Shown in pieces: positions 27,490 to 39,403 of a stretch of DNA of 64,000 bases. The stretch comes from Chiloscyllium plagiosum. Lineage: Eukaryota. How positions within the stretch are numbered: the first letter of the stretch is position 1; every line of letters starts with the position of its first letter. The stretch is taken from positions 20,108,405-20,172,404 of the forward strand of contig NC_057740.1 of assembly GCF_004010195.1 (NCBI RefSeq), given 5' to 3'. A program made the position numbers and the translations under genes. A model generated the notes under the pieces. The model was not told the origin of the DNA and did not search any database. It saw nothing but the letters and a program-made list of their open reading frames with translations.

Positions 27490-27584
27490 TGGACTTTCCC
27501 TTTAAGGCCTGCACCCTCGTATAAACTGGTGTAACCGGTCCTTGGAGTGATTTAAAATTGATTGTTTTTCTTTCACAGGTAAGT
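27490..27584 (+). promoter_or_regulatory. candidate promoter plus short non-coding first exon, or a recursive splice site
   Basis: GGACTTTCCC (NF-kB-like) at 27491, TATAAA at 27520, and ttgtttttctttcacAG|GTAAGT at 27562-27584 in a short non-repetitive island. Confidence 0.25.
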
Positions 27585-28037
27585 AGCTGCCTGCTTCTTT
27601 TTATACCAATAAATTCAGATTAACTCGGGAAACAACAGTGACAAAACTGATATGTTGTTTGTACAGTTTGTAACGCTTAACTTTGATCCATTTTTCACTT
27701 TGTTGATGTTTAAGTGTGTTATCCGAACTCTGACATTATATGACTGACATGCTCAAAGAAGATATAAATAGCTAATCTCAATCAGAAAAATGCTGAAAAT
27801 ACTCAGCGGACTTGGCATATCTGTCAAAGAGAAAGAGAAGTAAGGGTTGCAGATCTGTGACTTTTCATCAGAACTGGGAAAGAAACATATTTTGAGGAAA
27901 TGAATGGATGAGGGTGCAAAGAAGAATGAAAGGTCTATGGCTGGGTGGAGTGCAGGAGAAATTGAAACACAAAAGGTCTCAGAGTGCAATAGGTCAAAGG
28001 ATTCAATAACAGAAAATACGTGTAGTGGAAGTTTCAA

Positions 28038-28720
28038 TGAACATAAAAATAAAAAATAGGTGCAGAAGTATATCCTACTGCCCCTGAGATCTGCCCTTCC
28101 ATTCATTTGGTCATGGCTAAAGGGTTTCAACTCCACCTTCCTGCACGCTGATCGCTATCTTTTGGGTTCTATGGGACACAAAATAATCTGTCTATTCCAG
28201 CCATTGATATTTTCAACAACAGAACATCTACAATATTAAGGAAATGAATTTGAATGATTTCCAACCTGTTAAGTGAAGAGATTTCTCCTTGTCTCAGCCC
28301 AAAACAACTGACCACTCCCCCTGAGACTGTGAAACTATAATAAATCATAAGATATAGGAGCACAATTTGGTCATTCGGCCAATAGCTTCTTCTTTGCCAT
28401 TCAATGATTTCATGGCTGTTTTGATTATCTTTAACTCCACTTTCTAGCCTTATCCTCAGAATTCTGGATTTCTTTCATGATTAAATATCTGTCTATCTCA
28501 GCCTTGACTAAACTCAACAACCTAGCCTCAACAGCCCTCTGCAGTAAAGAATTCCACAAATTCACTATCCTCTGAGAGAGAAAATGGGCAACAGCTTACT
28601 CTGAGATTGTGCTGAGATTACTCTGAGATATCAGACTCTTCTATAAAGGAAAACAATTTGTCTGCATCTACCCTTTCCAACTACCTGGAAATCTTTTATA
28701 TTTGAATAAGGTCACTTTCT
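28038..28720 (-). mobile_element. two adjacent CR1 3' end fragments
   Basis: gaacataaaaataaaaaatagg... and cataagatataggagc... 3' UTR starts, each followed by ORF2-end sequence. Confidence 0.7.
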
Positions 28721-29544
28721 ATATTTTTGACTCAGAAGTGTACAGGCTCAAACAAATGGATGTGGCTAAGGAAAGGTAAACTGTGTGCCTGGTGTTTAAA
28801 CTGCAACTGGTGTAGAAATATGCAGTTGCAGGTGGAAGAAAGTGTGAGGCATGCCAATGTACCACAGGAGGTTTTGGTTTGTGGCTGATGTTCTACTATG
28901 TTGATGGTGAAAGGCAGTTCCGACTGCCAATGCTTGTCTGGGAGCACGGCTGAAAGTCAAGCATGGTGCCGGCATCATACCTCCAAGGATTCCTGGCTGT
29001 GGTGAGTACTTCCACCCACAGTGACTGGGAGAATCCAGGTTAGAGAAAAGAAGCATCATAGAGTCCTGGGACATGGCATATGAGATTGGAATGATCACAT
29101 CAGAAAACTCAAGTGCCTGCAGAGAGAAACCCTGCCTGAAATTTGACAAAACTGACACTTAACCAAATTTTAATAAGATTCAATCCAAACAGACCATGTT
29201 AGCTCTCTTGATTGGTAACTTGTTAATTTTAACCTGCACTTATTCTGACACTTGTACTTAAATAATATCAGGAACCAAGCTCCAAAGCACTGACTTCTAG
29301 CTTTAAATTGAAACAAATTAGCTTGTTCATACACACCCTCCTCAGGAAATGTGGGTTGCCTATTAACATGTCCTAATTTCTCACTCAGAGTAAAACTTCA
29401 ACATACTTTTCATAACAGATTGTGTTTTTCAGCAACTGAAAGAACTAATTAAGTATTGCAGTAGATAGTTGCACAGCTGTTTTCATACTGATAAACGGGA
29501 CAGCACTTTCGTTGCAATTATACTTTCTACACTTTGCAGGGACG

Positions 29545-29746
29545 TCATTTTCCTCTCACAATCCAGAGACGTGCAGGTTAGGGTGAATTGGCCATGCGAA
29601 ATTGTCCTGTAGTGTTCAGGGATGTGTAGGTTAGGTACATTAATCAGGGGTAAATGTAAGGGAATAAGTCTGGGTGGGTTACTCTTCGGAGCGTCGGTTT
29701 GGACTTGTTGGGCCGAAGGGCCTGTTTCCACACTGTAGGGATTCTG
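29545..29746 (+). mobile_element. HE1-type SINE, 5'-truncated
   Basis: gtgcaggttagggtgaattggccatg...gggccgaagggcctgtttccacactgtagggattct. Confidence 0.85.
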
Positions 29747-29929
29747 TTAGCTGATTTTTATCAGAAGGGTGCGTGCTGTATTGATTGCCTTAGGTTGGAC
29801 ATTAAGGGAGGAGTGGTATGAGCAAAAAACTGGTCATACTGTTGGGAGAATTACAGGTTAATGGTAGAGAGCAGCTCAGCCGTAACAGTGTGAAGCCTTC
29901 AGGAGGTGCTTCAGTGTGTACACAGGCTG

Positions 29930-30500
29930 AATTTCCTTGACATATCAGAAAGCCAGGAGGCTTTCAGGAGGCACAGGGTGTGACGTCAGGTGGTGGCAGA
30001 CACCTGTAGCCTCTGGGAAAGAGATAGACTGTTTGCTGGACCTGGTGATTGCATGTTGCCAGTGGCTGTCAAAATCACCAGTCCTCTCCACTGTTTTTCT
30101 TCCTACTTTTCCTATGGCTCTGCTGGAGACATATCCTCAATTTCCCAGGTGTCAGTCCACAAATGCATGTGACTGTTATCTGATGGGTTACTTGCCAGGC
30201 CAGCAACTATGTGAAATTTGTCTGCAGCAATGCCTGTCAAACTGAGCAGGTGCTCAAACTTGCAAGTGTGCCATTTCTCCACAGATGCATGGAATCTACG
30301 ACTGTATATCCATGACATGCCTGACATCCTCTGATCACTCAGTTATATTCATGAGTCCCCAGGAATGTATCAATGTACAAGTGCTGTGCAACCATAAGAA
30401 GATATGTTTGCGTATACGCTAGTCCCTCAGAACAGAATGATGCTGGACTCATTGCAAACACCTGCATGCAGAGGCTTTTAATGTGGGAAGGTTTTTGCAC
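29930..30500 (+). mobile_element. PIF/Harbinger (HARBI1-like) transposase remnant
   Basis: ORF 29990-30172 LPVAVKITSPLHCFSSYFSYGSAGDISSISQVSVHKC resembles LPVAVKVTxALNFFAxGSFQxxxGDLCGISQxxVHRC; downstream PQMHGIYDC resembles PxVQGAIDC. Confidence 0.6.
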
Positions 30501-30634
30501 TGACATTACTGCACTGTTATAGTTAAACAGATAACTTTTCTGCCCTTACTGTCTGCCACAGGGGTTTTGGAAGGATTTCCAGGTTCCAGACAATCAACCT
30601 GTCTGATATACCTGCCACCGCCTGAAATAGAAAT

Positions 30635-31150
30635 TAGTCATAAAAATATACAGCACGGAAACAGACCCTTCAGTCCAACACACACCGATCAGATATCCTA
30701 AATAAATCTAGTCCCATATGCCAGCATTTGGCCCATATCCCTCTAAATCCTTCCTAACCATATGCCCATCCAGATGCATTTTAAATGCTGTAATTGTACC
30801 AGTCTCCATCACTTTCTCTGGCAGTTCATTCCATACACACACTACCCTCTGCTTGAAAAAGTTGCCCCTTAGCTTTCTTTTAAATCTTGCCCCTCTCACC
30901 TTAAACCTATGCCCTCTAGTTTTGGACTCCCCCACCCCAGGAAAAAGACTTATCTTAGTCATGCCCCTCATGACTTTATAAACCTCCTTAAGGTCACCCC
31001 TCAGCTTCCGACACTCCAGGGAAAACAGCCTCAGCCAATTCAGCCTCTCCCTGTAGCTCAAGCCCTCCAACCCTGGCAACATCCTTGCAAATCCTTTTTT
31101 GAACCCTCCCAAATTTCACAACATCCTTCCTATAACAGGGAGACTAGAAT
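30635..31150 (-). mobile_element. CR1 3' fragment
   Basis: ORF 30708-31112 RMLPGLEGLSYRERL...LRGDLKEVYK...TRGHRFKV...RGNFFKQRVVCVWNELP. Confidence 0.9.
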
Positions 31151-31427
31151 TGAATCTGTAGATTCCAGCCCAGACAAAGGGACACTACTGTGAACTCCTG
31201 TTCATAAGACGATTTTTATTGTAGATTTATGTAGGATTCTCAGTGAGATTTATCATCTTCCTTTTCTCATTAGATACTTTGCCCTTTTTAAAACTCAACA
31301 CCTGTACATTGAGCATGTATTCGATGTTATGTTTTAGTGTTTTCCTTGAGATTTGTAAGCAATAAAACTCTTGATTTTGCTCTAGAAAACCTTGCAGTTG
31401 ACTTCTTCAATTTTGAGTTCATAAGAG

Positions 31428-31736
31428 GTGGGTGGTGGCTCAGTATGACTACCTCACAGTGTTAGGGATCTGGTTTCAATTCCAACCTGGAACAACTGTC
31501 TGTGTGGAGTTTGCACATTCTCCCCATGTCTGCGTGGGTTTCCTCCGGGTACTCCGGTTTCCTCCCACAGTCCAAAAATGTGCAGTTTAGGTGAATTGGC
31601 CATGCTAAATTGCACGTAGTGTTAGGTGAAGAGGTAAATGTTGCGGAATGGGTCTGGGTGGGTTGCGCTTCGGCGGGTCGGTGTGGACCTGTTGGGCCGA
31701 AGGGCATGTTTCCACACTGTAAGTAATCCAATCTAA
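31428..31736 (+). mobile_element. HE1-type SINE
   Basis: V-SINE core and tail ccacactgtaagtaatccaatctaa. Confidence 0.9.
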
Positions 31737-33530
31737 ACTGTTTGTAGTGCCTAGGCAGTGCAGGCGAAGTAGATTAGCCAATGGAAATGTGGGGGTATGG
31801 GAATAAGGTACAGGACTAGATCTGGATGGGATCCTATTCAGCGAGTTGATGCAGAACTTGATGTGCCAAATGATCTCTTACCATGTTGTAGGGTTTCTAT
31901 GTAACTGCATTGTATTTGAAGTGTGATTAAAGAATTAAACTTTTTTGTTGTGGGTCTTCAAATAAGAGTGCAGCTGGCTCACCTTTCCTCAGCTGGTCAT
32001 AACATGTTGGCATCCTTGAGAAATCAAAATCCAACGCCATTACAATTAATGCCTCCAGATATGTAATAGAAGATGACACCAGAGGGCTGAAGATACATCT
32101 TAAGTGCCACAGAGGATCTGGTGGTGGCATCTCATAGTCCACCCCAGTCAGAACAGCTGTAACATGCTGTCCAATACTGCTCAGCAATGAGCTTTGAACA
32201 TGTAGGAGCAAGGAGGGGCAAAATACAGATCTTCTGAAGTCAACTTTAAGAAGTAGGAATGTAGGAAAGGTAATGGAATGAAGGAAACTGCACCACTGAG
32301 TGCTCATATTGCCATCTGAGGCATTTTTATTCATGTGGGAATCACCTAGTTTTCAGAAGTGGACCAATGTGAGCACCATTTGCAATAGCCACATGTTAAT
32401 CGGGTTGTTAGCAATTAATAATTCCCCCCTTGTGGGCAACCCCTGCTCCCTAACAAGAATCTTGCCTCAATGCCTGGAACTTTTGATAAAAGATAGTGAG
32501 CTGCTTCCAACATTGAGATAGTCCTCACTGGATTTCTCAAGTAATTCTGCCATGTTTCTCACCATAGCCCACATTGTCCAGACCCCTACAAGATTCAACC
32601 CTTTCTTTCTGTTCTCCAATTCCACCTTTGGATTGGCCTTTCAAATTCTAGCCATATTGAGATCATGCCATATTGGTCCTTATATCTCAACCAATGCCAT
32701 GCAATCCACTGCCAAAAGCAAACATGTAAACCCGCTCATTCTAGATGTTTTTAGGAAAACCACTGAAGCCATCAAAACAGGATGCTCTAAGAAAAGAATC
32801 TTTACTTTCTCTTGAACAAGAAACCGGTCTTGAGTTATAATCATTAAAACAGAAAAGATTGCATAAAATATCTGCTTCAAATGGTTCCATTTTATGAGAA
32901 ATGATAAATTCTAATTAATTAGAAAATAACTACAGTATAGTGCCTCACTTAATTTCTTAACCTCGTGTATTCTGAACTAAAGAAAAATACTAATGCCAGT
33001 TAAAATGGAAATGAACGTCTACATTAGAACACACCCATAAGTACATTATTGCTGAGACTAGGATACAAAGTCTTCTGTCCATTCTGTTTCACTTGAATTA
33101 TATAAAGTATTGCACAGTTTCAGTGGTAACAGGAAACATTATTTTATGCTTTTCACTTGTCTGACGACTGTTATATTTATAAATAGTCCATGTCTACGTC
33201 TAAAAGTTCCTTCATAACTAGAGAGACTGATTAGTCAGCTCATGGATATTACGGAACAGACAATATCAGACTGAAGAACTTTTGGGTGGGGAAGCTCTTT
33301 CTGTGGTCACTACAAAGGTTACACCTTTTACTACGTATTAAACCTATCTTTCTGTCAGTGAACAAAATAAGGTGTGGTTTTATTTGAGACGTCAGGCATA
33401 CCAAAACACTTCATAATTTGAAGATGTGATATATTTGATTTTAGCAAGGCTTCAATCACTACTGAACTGCTTTCTGTGAGAGAGGACATACTTGATTTCC
33501 TGCAATTAGCAAATTTCAACTTCTGGAAAA

Positions 33531-33600
33531 ATGAATTGTAAAAAGTTTAAATCAATCATGTTATTTTGGCATGTGATTGTGAGTAGCCTCTGTCTTTCAG
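33531..33600 (+). CDS. candidate first coding exon (signal peptide) of the mucin gene
   Basis: aaaATG..., 70 nt = MNCKKFKSIMLFWHVIVSSLCLS+G, then donor CAG|GTAAGA. Basic n-region plus hydrophobic h-region; ends in phase 1, matching all downstream PTS exons. Confidence 0.55.
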
Positions 33601-34039
33601 GTAAGAGTTCAAAGTGGCAATACATTAGTTAATTATGACAACATGTAGAGTGATTATTCTATTTTTCAGAAGTATTATGGTAATCTTTGCTAGCAAGAGA
33701 GGAAAAATCGTGGTTTGAATAGTCAGGTTAATTTAGTATTTTTCATTGCAATAATGTTTCATCTTCTTGGATTTAGTTTCTCATTGTTCCTAGGTTACAG
33801 AAATGAAGGAAACCTTTACAATGAGATAGTCAAAAATATATTCATAATGAGAAATGTGGTAAAATCTGATTTGTTTGTGTTAGATATAAGACTAGTTTAA
33901 GACAAGACTGTTTCATGAGGTGAAGTGCAGGTCTGTGAAGAAATGTGCACATGGTAAACGTTGATTGCAAAACACTTTGCAAGTTCAGCTATATTGACAG
34001 TTTAGTGCACTTTACATATTTATGAGACAAATCTTTGTC

Positions 34040-34225
34040 ACAAAACGCGCTGCCTGGAAGTATGGTGGAGGCATGTTCAGTTGATATATTCAAAAAGACA
34101 TTGAATAATTATTTAAATAGAAACAAGGGAAAAGGCAGAGGACCAGCACTTAATCATGATGTTCATTTGGTGATCTGGTACAGAGCAATGGGCTGAATGG
34201 CTCCTCTTCTGTAACACTTCTGTGA
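34040..34225 (+). mobile_element. CR1 3' end fragment
   Basis: ctgcctggaagtatggtggaggc...atgggctgaatggctcctcttctgt. Confidence 0.65.
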
Positions 34226-34424
34226 TTATGATTTTTGCAAAACATTGCCACGACACATCAAATCTGACAAAACAAATGAGAGCTGCTGGAATACTCCTGA
34301 ATCCAATGTTTCAACATGAATCCTTTTCTGTTTCAGATCCTTAAGTGTAGTGATGTTGTGTCTAATTAGAAAATAGCAAACATCAATGAGATAAGTTTGG
34401 GGCTGGTTTAAATTATGTTTCACT

Positions 34425-35955
34425 GTGGAGAATTACTAACATCACTGGAATAATAATCCAGAACCCAAGTCTAATGTTCTGGTGACATGGGTTTGAATCC
34501 CAACATGACAAATGGTTAATTTTGTAATCCATGAAAAGAAACTAGAATAAGAGGAAGTGTATAAAAACCCACCTGTCTCACTAATGTACTTGAAGGAAGG
34601 AATTCTGCCATTCTTACCAGACCTGACCTACATGTGACACCAGATGTAAAATAATCTGTTGGAATTCTATGAAGATGTAACTAGTAGAGTTGACAAGGTG
34701 GAGGCAGTCGATGTGGTGTATTTGGACTTTCAGAAAGTGTTTGACAAAGTCCCACATCAAAGATAATTGTGCAGTATTAAAGCACATGGGATTGGAGGAA
34801 GTGTATTGAGATGGATACAAAACTGGTTAGCAGAGAGGAAACAAAAAGTAGGAATTAATTGATCCTTGTCAAATTGGCAGGCAGTAACTAGTGGGGGTGC
34901 CACAGGGATTGGTGCTAGATCCCCAACTATTCACTATATATATATATATATATATATTAATGATTTGATGTGGGAACAAAATGTATCATCTCAATGTTTG
35001 CAAATGATACCAAGTTGGGTGGGAGGATGAACTGTGATGAGGATGCAGAGATCCTTCAGCATGATCTGGACAGATTGGGTGAGTGGGCAAATTAATGGCA
35101 GGTGCAGTATAATTTGGATAAATGTGACGTTATTCACTTTGGAAGCAAAAACAAGAAGGCAGATTAAGACCGGAATGGGTGTAAACTGGGAGATGGGAGT
35201 GTGCAGCAGGACCTGGGTGTCCTTGTGCAGCAATTGCTTAAGGTCATCATTCAGGTGTAGCAGGCAGTAAAGAAGATAAATGGTATGTTGGCCTTCATTG
35301 CGAGAATTTTTGAGTAAAGGAACGGGGATATGTTGTTGCAGTTACACAGGGCACTGGTGAGGCTTGGTCTCCTTTTTTGAGGAAAGATGCTCTTGTGCTT
35401 GAGGGAGCAGTTTACCAGATTGATTCCAGTCAGTGGGACTGACATATGAAGTGAGATTGACTAGATTAGGATAAAATTTGCTGGTTTTCAGATGAGTGAG
35501 GGGGGAATCTCATAGGGACTTATAAAATTCTAACAAGACAGGGTAAATGCAGGGAAGATGTTCCCAATGGTGCGTGTATCCAGAAATGGGATCACAGTCT
35601 GACAATTTGAAGTGGACCATTTAGGAGGGAGATGAGGAAACATTTCTTCACCCAAAGAGTGGTATGCCTGTGCAATTCATTACCACAGGAAGTAGTTGAT
35701 GCCAGAACATTGAATATATTCAAGAGGTGGCTAGATATAGCACTTGGGGCGAATGGGATCAAAGGTTATTGGGAGAAAGCAGGATTGGGTTATTGAGTTG
35801 AATGATTGGCCACGAACATGATGAATGGCAGAGTAGATTTGAAGGGCCAAATGGCCTCCTCCTGCTCCTATCTTCTATATTACATTGACTTTTAACTGCC
35901 CTCTGGACAACTAGGGATAACCAGTGATAATAAATTCCATGAATGAATTAAAAAC
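34425..35955 (+). mobile_element. SINE-like repeat (34425-34645, resumes ~35885-35955) interrupted by a CR1
   Basis: tRNA-like gggtttgaatccc head and cacctgtctcactaatg...catgtgacaccaga body; continues after the CR1 as ttgacttttaactgccctctg...atgaatgaattaaaaa. Confidence 0.55.
34650..35880 (+). mobile_element. CR1 LINE RT-3' fragment, decayed
   Basis: VDVVYLDFQKVFDKVPH, GVPQG, FANDTKLGG, RKHFFTQRVV motifs and CR1 3' UTR; internal (TA)n expansion at ~34935. Confidence 0.9.
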
Positions 35956-37809
35956 AAAACTTCAGGAACAGAAAGAGATAACAAATTAAGTTATGAAAAC
36001 GTGACAGGAATACGAGTTCCAGAAGACGAAGCTTGAATTTCTTTCAATCTATTTTAATCAGTTTGTGTTTAGCTATTCAGACAATATGTTTAAATCTAAA
36101 AGACCTAAAGCATATAATTTGCCTCAATATATTTTGAATTAGAAAACTTCTGAAGTGAAATTATGCGACTGCTTAATAAATAAAATATTCCATAATAAGG
36201 TGGAGGATTTGGTCATCTGCATATAGAAGAGCATAAAAATATCCAATATTATTTGAATATCCAATAAAATTGATGCAAACAGTTCACCCATCACAACATG
36301 CTGGGAAAAGATTGAAATTGATCATCAACAATCATCATATGCTTTTTACAAACAATTTTGGCTCTTTAAAGTTGACTATGTTGCAAGTTTATAATAATCT
36401 TTAGTGAACATCATTTCAATATGGCTAAAGAAAAAATAAGGCCATGCTGATACCGAATTTGCTGCAATGCTTATCAAAATCTGTCAGTGATCGTTAGGTG
36501 TTCTGGCTCAGTAGCAGACAATTACTACAAAAAAATTAATTAACTTATGTGATTAAATTTTAAATTAACTTGCAGTTATGTTGTAGTTTTAGTTATGCAA
36601 AACATATTGCAATACATGCTACTATAAGCATGTTGTAAATTCAAATTCTGAGAAGATTCACTTGCATCGAAACAATTTGTAAAACATCTTGGTTCTATGC
36701 CTACGATGCAATGCAGAAATAAAAACTGGAGGATTGTTTTCTAATATTTTAACTGGACATATGTAATACAAAGAGATCAGAACAACATTCGGTGCCAACA
36801 TGTGCTGTCTCAGCATTGTTCCTTTGATGTTTTGACTAATTTAGATGAGAAACCATTGCCTTTACAGAATGGCTCAGTACCAAAATGTTGCTGCAATCAG
36901 ACTGGTTTCACAATTTTTAACATATATTAATTTCTATTTCTGTGACCTTTTGCTATTGTCTTCATACATTTGAGGTCATGTTGCTTTTGGGCGGAGTCCA
37001 TTGATTCATTGGGAACAAGATTTTGCAAGACTATAATGCTGACACAGTACTGCTGACTACAAACTGCAAATTGAGATGTGCAGCATCACATATGTGATTG
37101 CCCACATCATAAATTTTGCAGCAACGAAAATTAGGGAGCAAGAATAGACTGACCTAAGACCCAACCTGAGCTGCATTTCAGATTTGTACACTAATTACAG
37201 TCTTGTTTCACAGCAGATTTTATTTTTCTCTCATTTATTCTACCTTTGCTTAAATAGCACCTATGCAAATATGGATGTAACTATTTGACTGGCCTGCCTT
37301 GCAGATAAAACTAGCTTGCAATTCTGTTGTGCTTTTTAAACTATTACATATGTTTGATTTTCTTGCTTCTTCTTTCTATCTTTACTCATGCATGTTTTCA
37401 TTCTAACATTGTTTTAATTGCAAGACAGATATCAATAGTTTTACTGGAGCTTTTAGGTATTTCTATCATTTTGAGTCAGATTGACCCATTGGTAGCAACA
37501 TTGTTAGCTATTCTTTTTTCAGGTCTGCTATTTATCCCTTGTGGTAGACTGGTCCACTCGGGATATCAATGACTCAATATACCACAAATACCCTCTTAAG
37601 CTCCTTTTACATGGTTGTTAGGTGCTTGGGTAATGGGGTGGTTTGAGATCAAACAATTTAACATATTGTATAAGTTGATCTTTACACCCTCTTCCACCTG
37701 TATAGAAGCTTTATCGACCTTGTGCATATCTACTCATTCCCAATTTGGGCTGGGATCTATGGGTAAGAGTACACATAGTGATCAATCAGTGGACCTATAC
37801 AGCTGTTTT

Positions 37810-38600
37810 ACTGAAATCCAGTTGTATTGAACTTGGCTGCAGGGATTGTAATGGAGCTGCTTGTAGTTGTTGATTCTGTTGTACAGGTGGATGCAACAGT
37901 TAATGTTGAACTCAATACTCCAGTAGTGGCCACTGTACTTGCATTTGATGTTTCTGCTGTTGCAGAGTTGATGCACAGTTGTTGCATAGTTAATGGCATA
38001 ATTGAAACTTAAGGTCAATTCATATTAAGGTACACAAGTACATATTAGTTTACACAATGCATTTATGTACGGTCTGTCCTTGCTATTTTGTGGTTTTTGT
38101 TGAGCAGTGGAATAGTTAATGGTATATTTGAGACTCACATCAAATGTAATCAGATGGATGCAATTATGCATATTTTAGAAAGTGTACTTACCTGCCAGCT
38201 GTCCAAACTATTTTAAATTGCCCAGAATTTGATGTGTTATGTTAAAACTGAAGCAGAAAGGAGTTTGACATTTATGCTTCTCTCCTACATCACCACAGTC
38301 ATTAACATGAAAGTGGTAATGTTCTGAGTTTATCGTCTGGCAGTCACACTACTCGTTCTAGTGAATACATAACAGATAGAATGAACAGATAGAATTTTTC
38401 ACAGATAGTGACCAGTTGAAGTAGTGCCCTGTGTTGTTGAAACTGTGAATGATTCCACTGCTGATGTTGAGGGGGAGCTGCTTGCAGTTGTTTGTGCTGT
38501 TGAACCTGTTGCTCCTGGGAGTCGTTGCTGTAGTCACTGTCTCAGTTGTTGTCTGCTCTGGTAGTTGAGCTCAGTGACGTGACTGTGAAAGTGATTAATG
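37810..38600 (-). pseudogene. inverted, decayed copy of mucin PTS exons C (38582-38413) and A (37956-~37810)
   Basis: Reverse complement matches the array exons (ttcacag|TCACG...CTACTTCAACTG|gtca; ETSNASTVATTGVLSST). The exon C copy has a 2-nt deletion (in-frame TGA) and a 1-nt insertion; the exon A copy lacks its donor. Confidence 0.8.
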
Positions 38601-39049
38601 ACAGTTTTCAGACTACCCGGTGACTTGGAGGCAAATATTACAATTGTTCACCATTACGAATTGCTAAATTCTCTTTGTGCCAATGTACTAGAAAATTTGC
38701 AAGAACATAAATGTGTTAAAAACTGAAACAGGCCAAATGCATAATGAGCCACAAGCTTCAGCGCTCTGTCAGAATGGGTTAACAAAAATGCACCTGAAAT
38801 GTTTTCATAAATTTCTGACCTCACTCAGAATGGCTACAATGCACTGAAATCAAGGAAATGCTGAAGGTCCAGGGCAGACAGTTCCACACAAACCAAGATC
38901 TCATCACACAAAAGTTACTAATAAATAAAGTAATAAAGGATATACTGCTTTGAACCAACACTATCAAAAAAATCTGTAGCACCTAAGGAGATGTAGGTGG
39001 AAATGTTACCAATGAATGATTGACTAATTTGTCCAGGAAATCAGGTTAA

Positions 39050-39335
39050 GGGCAACACAGTGGCTCAGTGGTGAGAACGGCTGCTTCAGAGCAACAGGGG
39101 CCAGGATTTGATTCCACCTTTGGGCGACTGTGTGGAGTTTGCACATTCTCCTCGTGTCTGTGAGGGTTTCTGCTGGGTGGTTCAGCTTCCACCCACAGTC
39201 AAAATGTGCACATTAGGTGGATTAGCTGTGCTACATTGTCCATAGTGTTCAGGGACAATGAGGTTACATGCATTAGCCATGGGTAACACATTGAGAGGGT
39301 AAGAGGATAGGTATGGGTGGGTTGCACTTTGGAGG
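39050..39335 (+). mobile_element. HE1-related SINE
   Basis: gggcaacacagtggctcagtgg...tgtggagtttgcacattctc...gggtgggttgcactttggag. Confidence 0.85.
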
Positions 39336-39403
39336 AAATAAAAATGCAGTTTGCAGATTCTTGTACGTTTCAATTCTGGCATTAATTATATTCACTGAAA
39401 CAG

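Noticed and set aside
37327-37572. Hydrophobic 81-aa ORF as the mucin transmembrane exon
   Set aside because: T-rich intronic sequence, no convincing splice sites, and upstream of the PTS exons.
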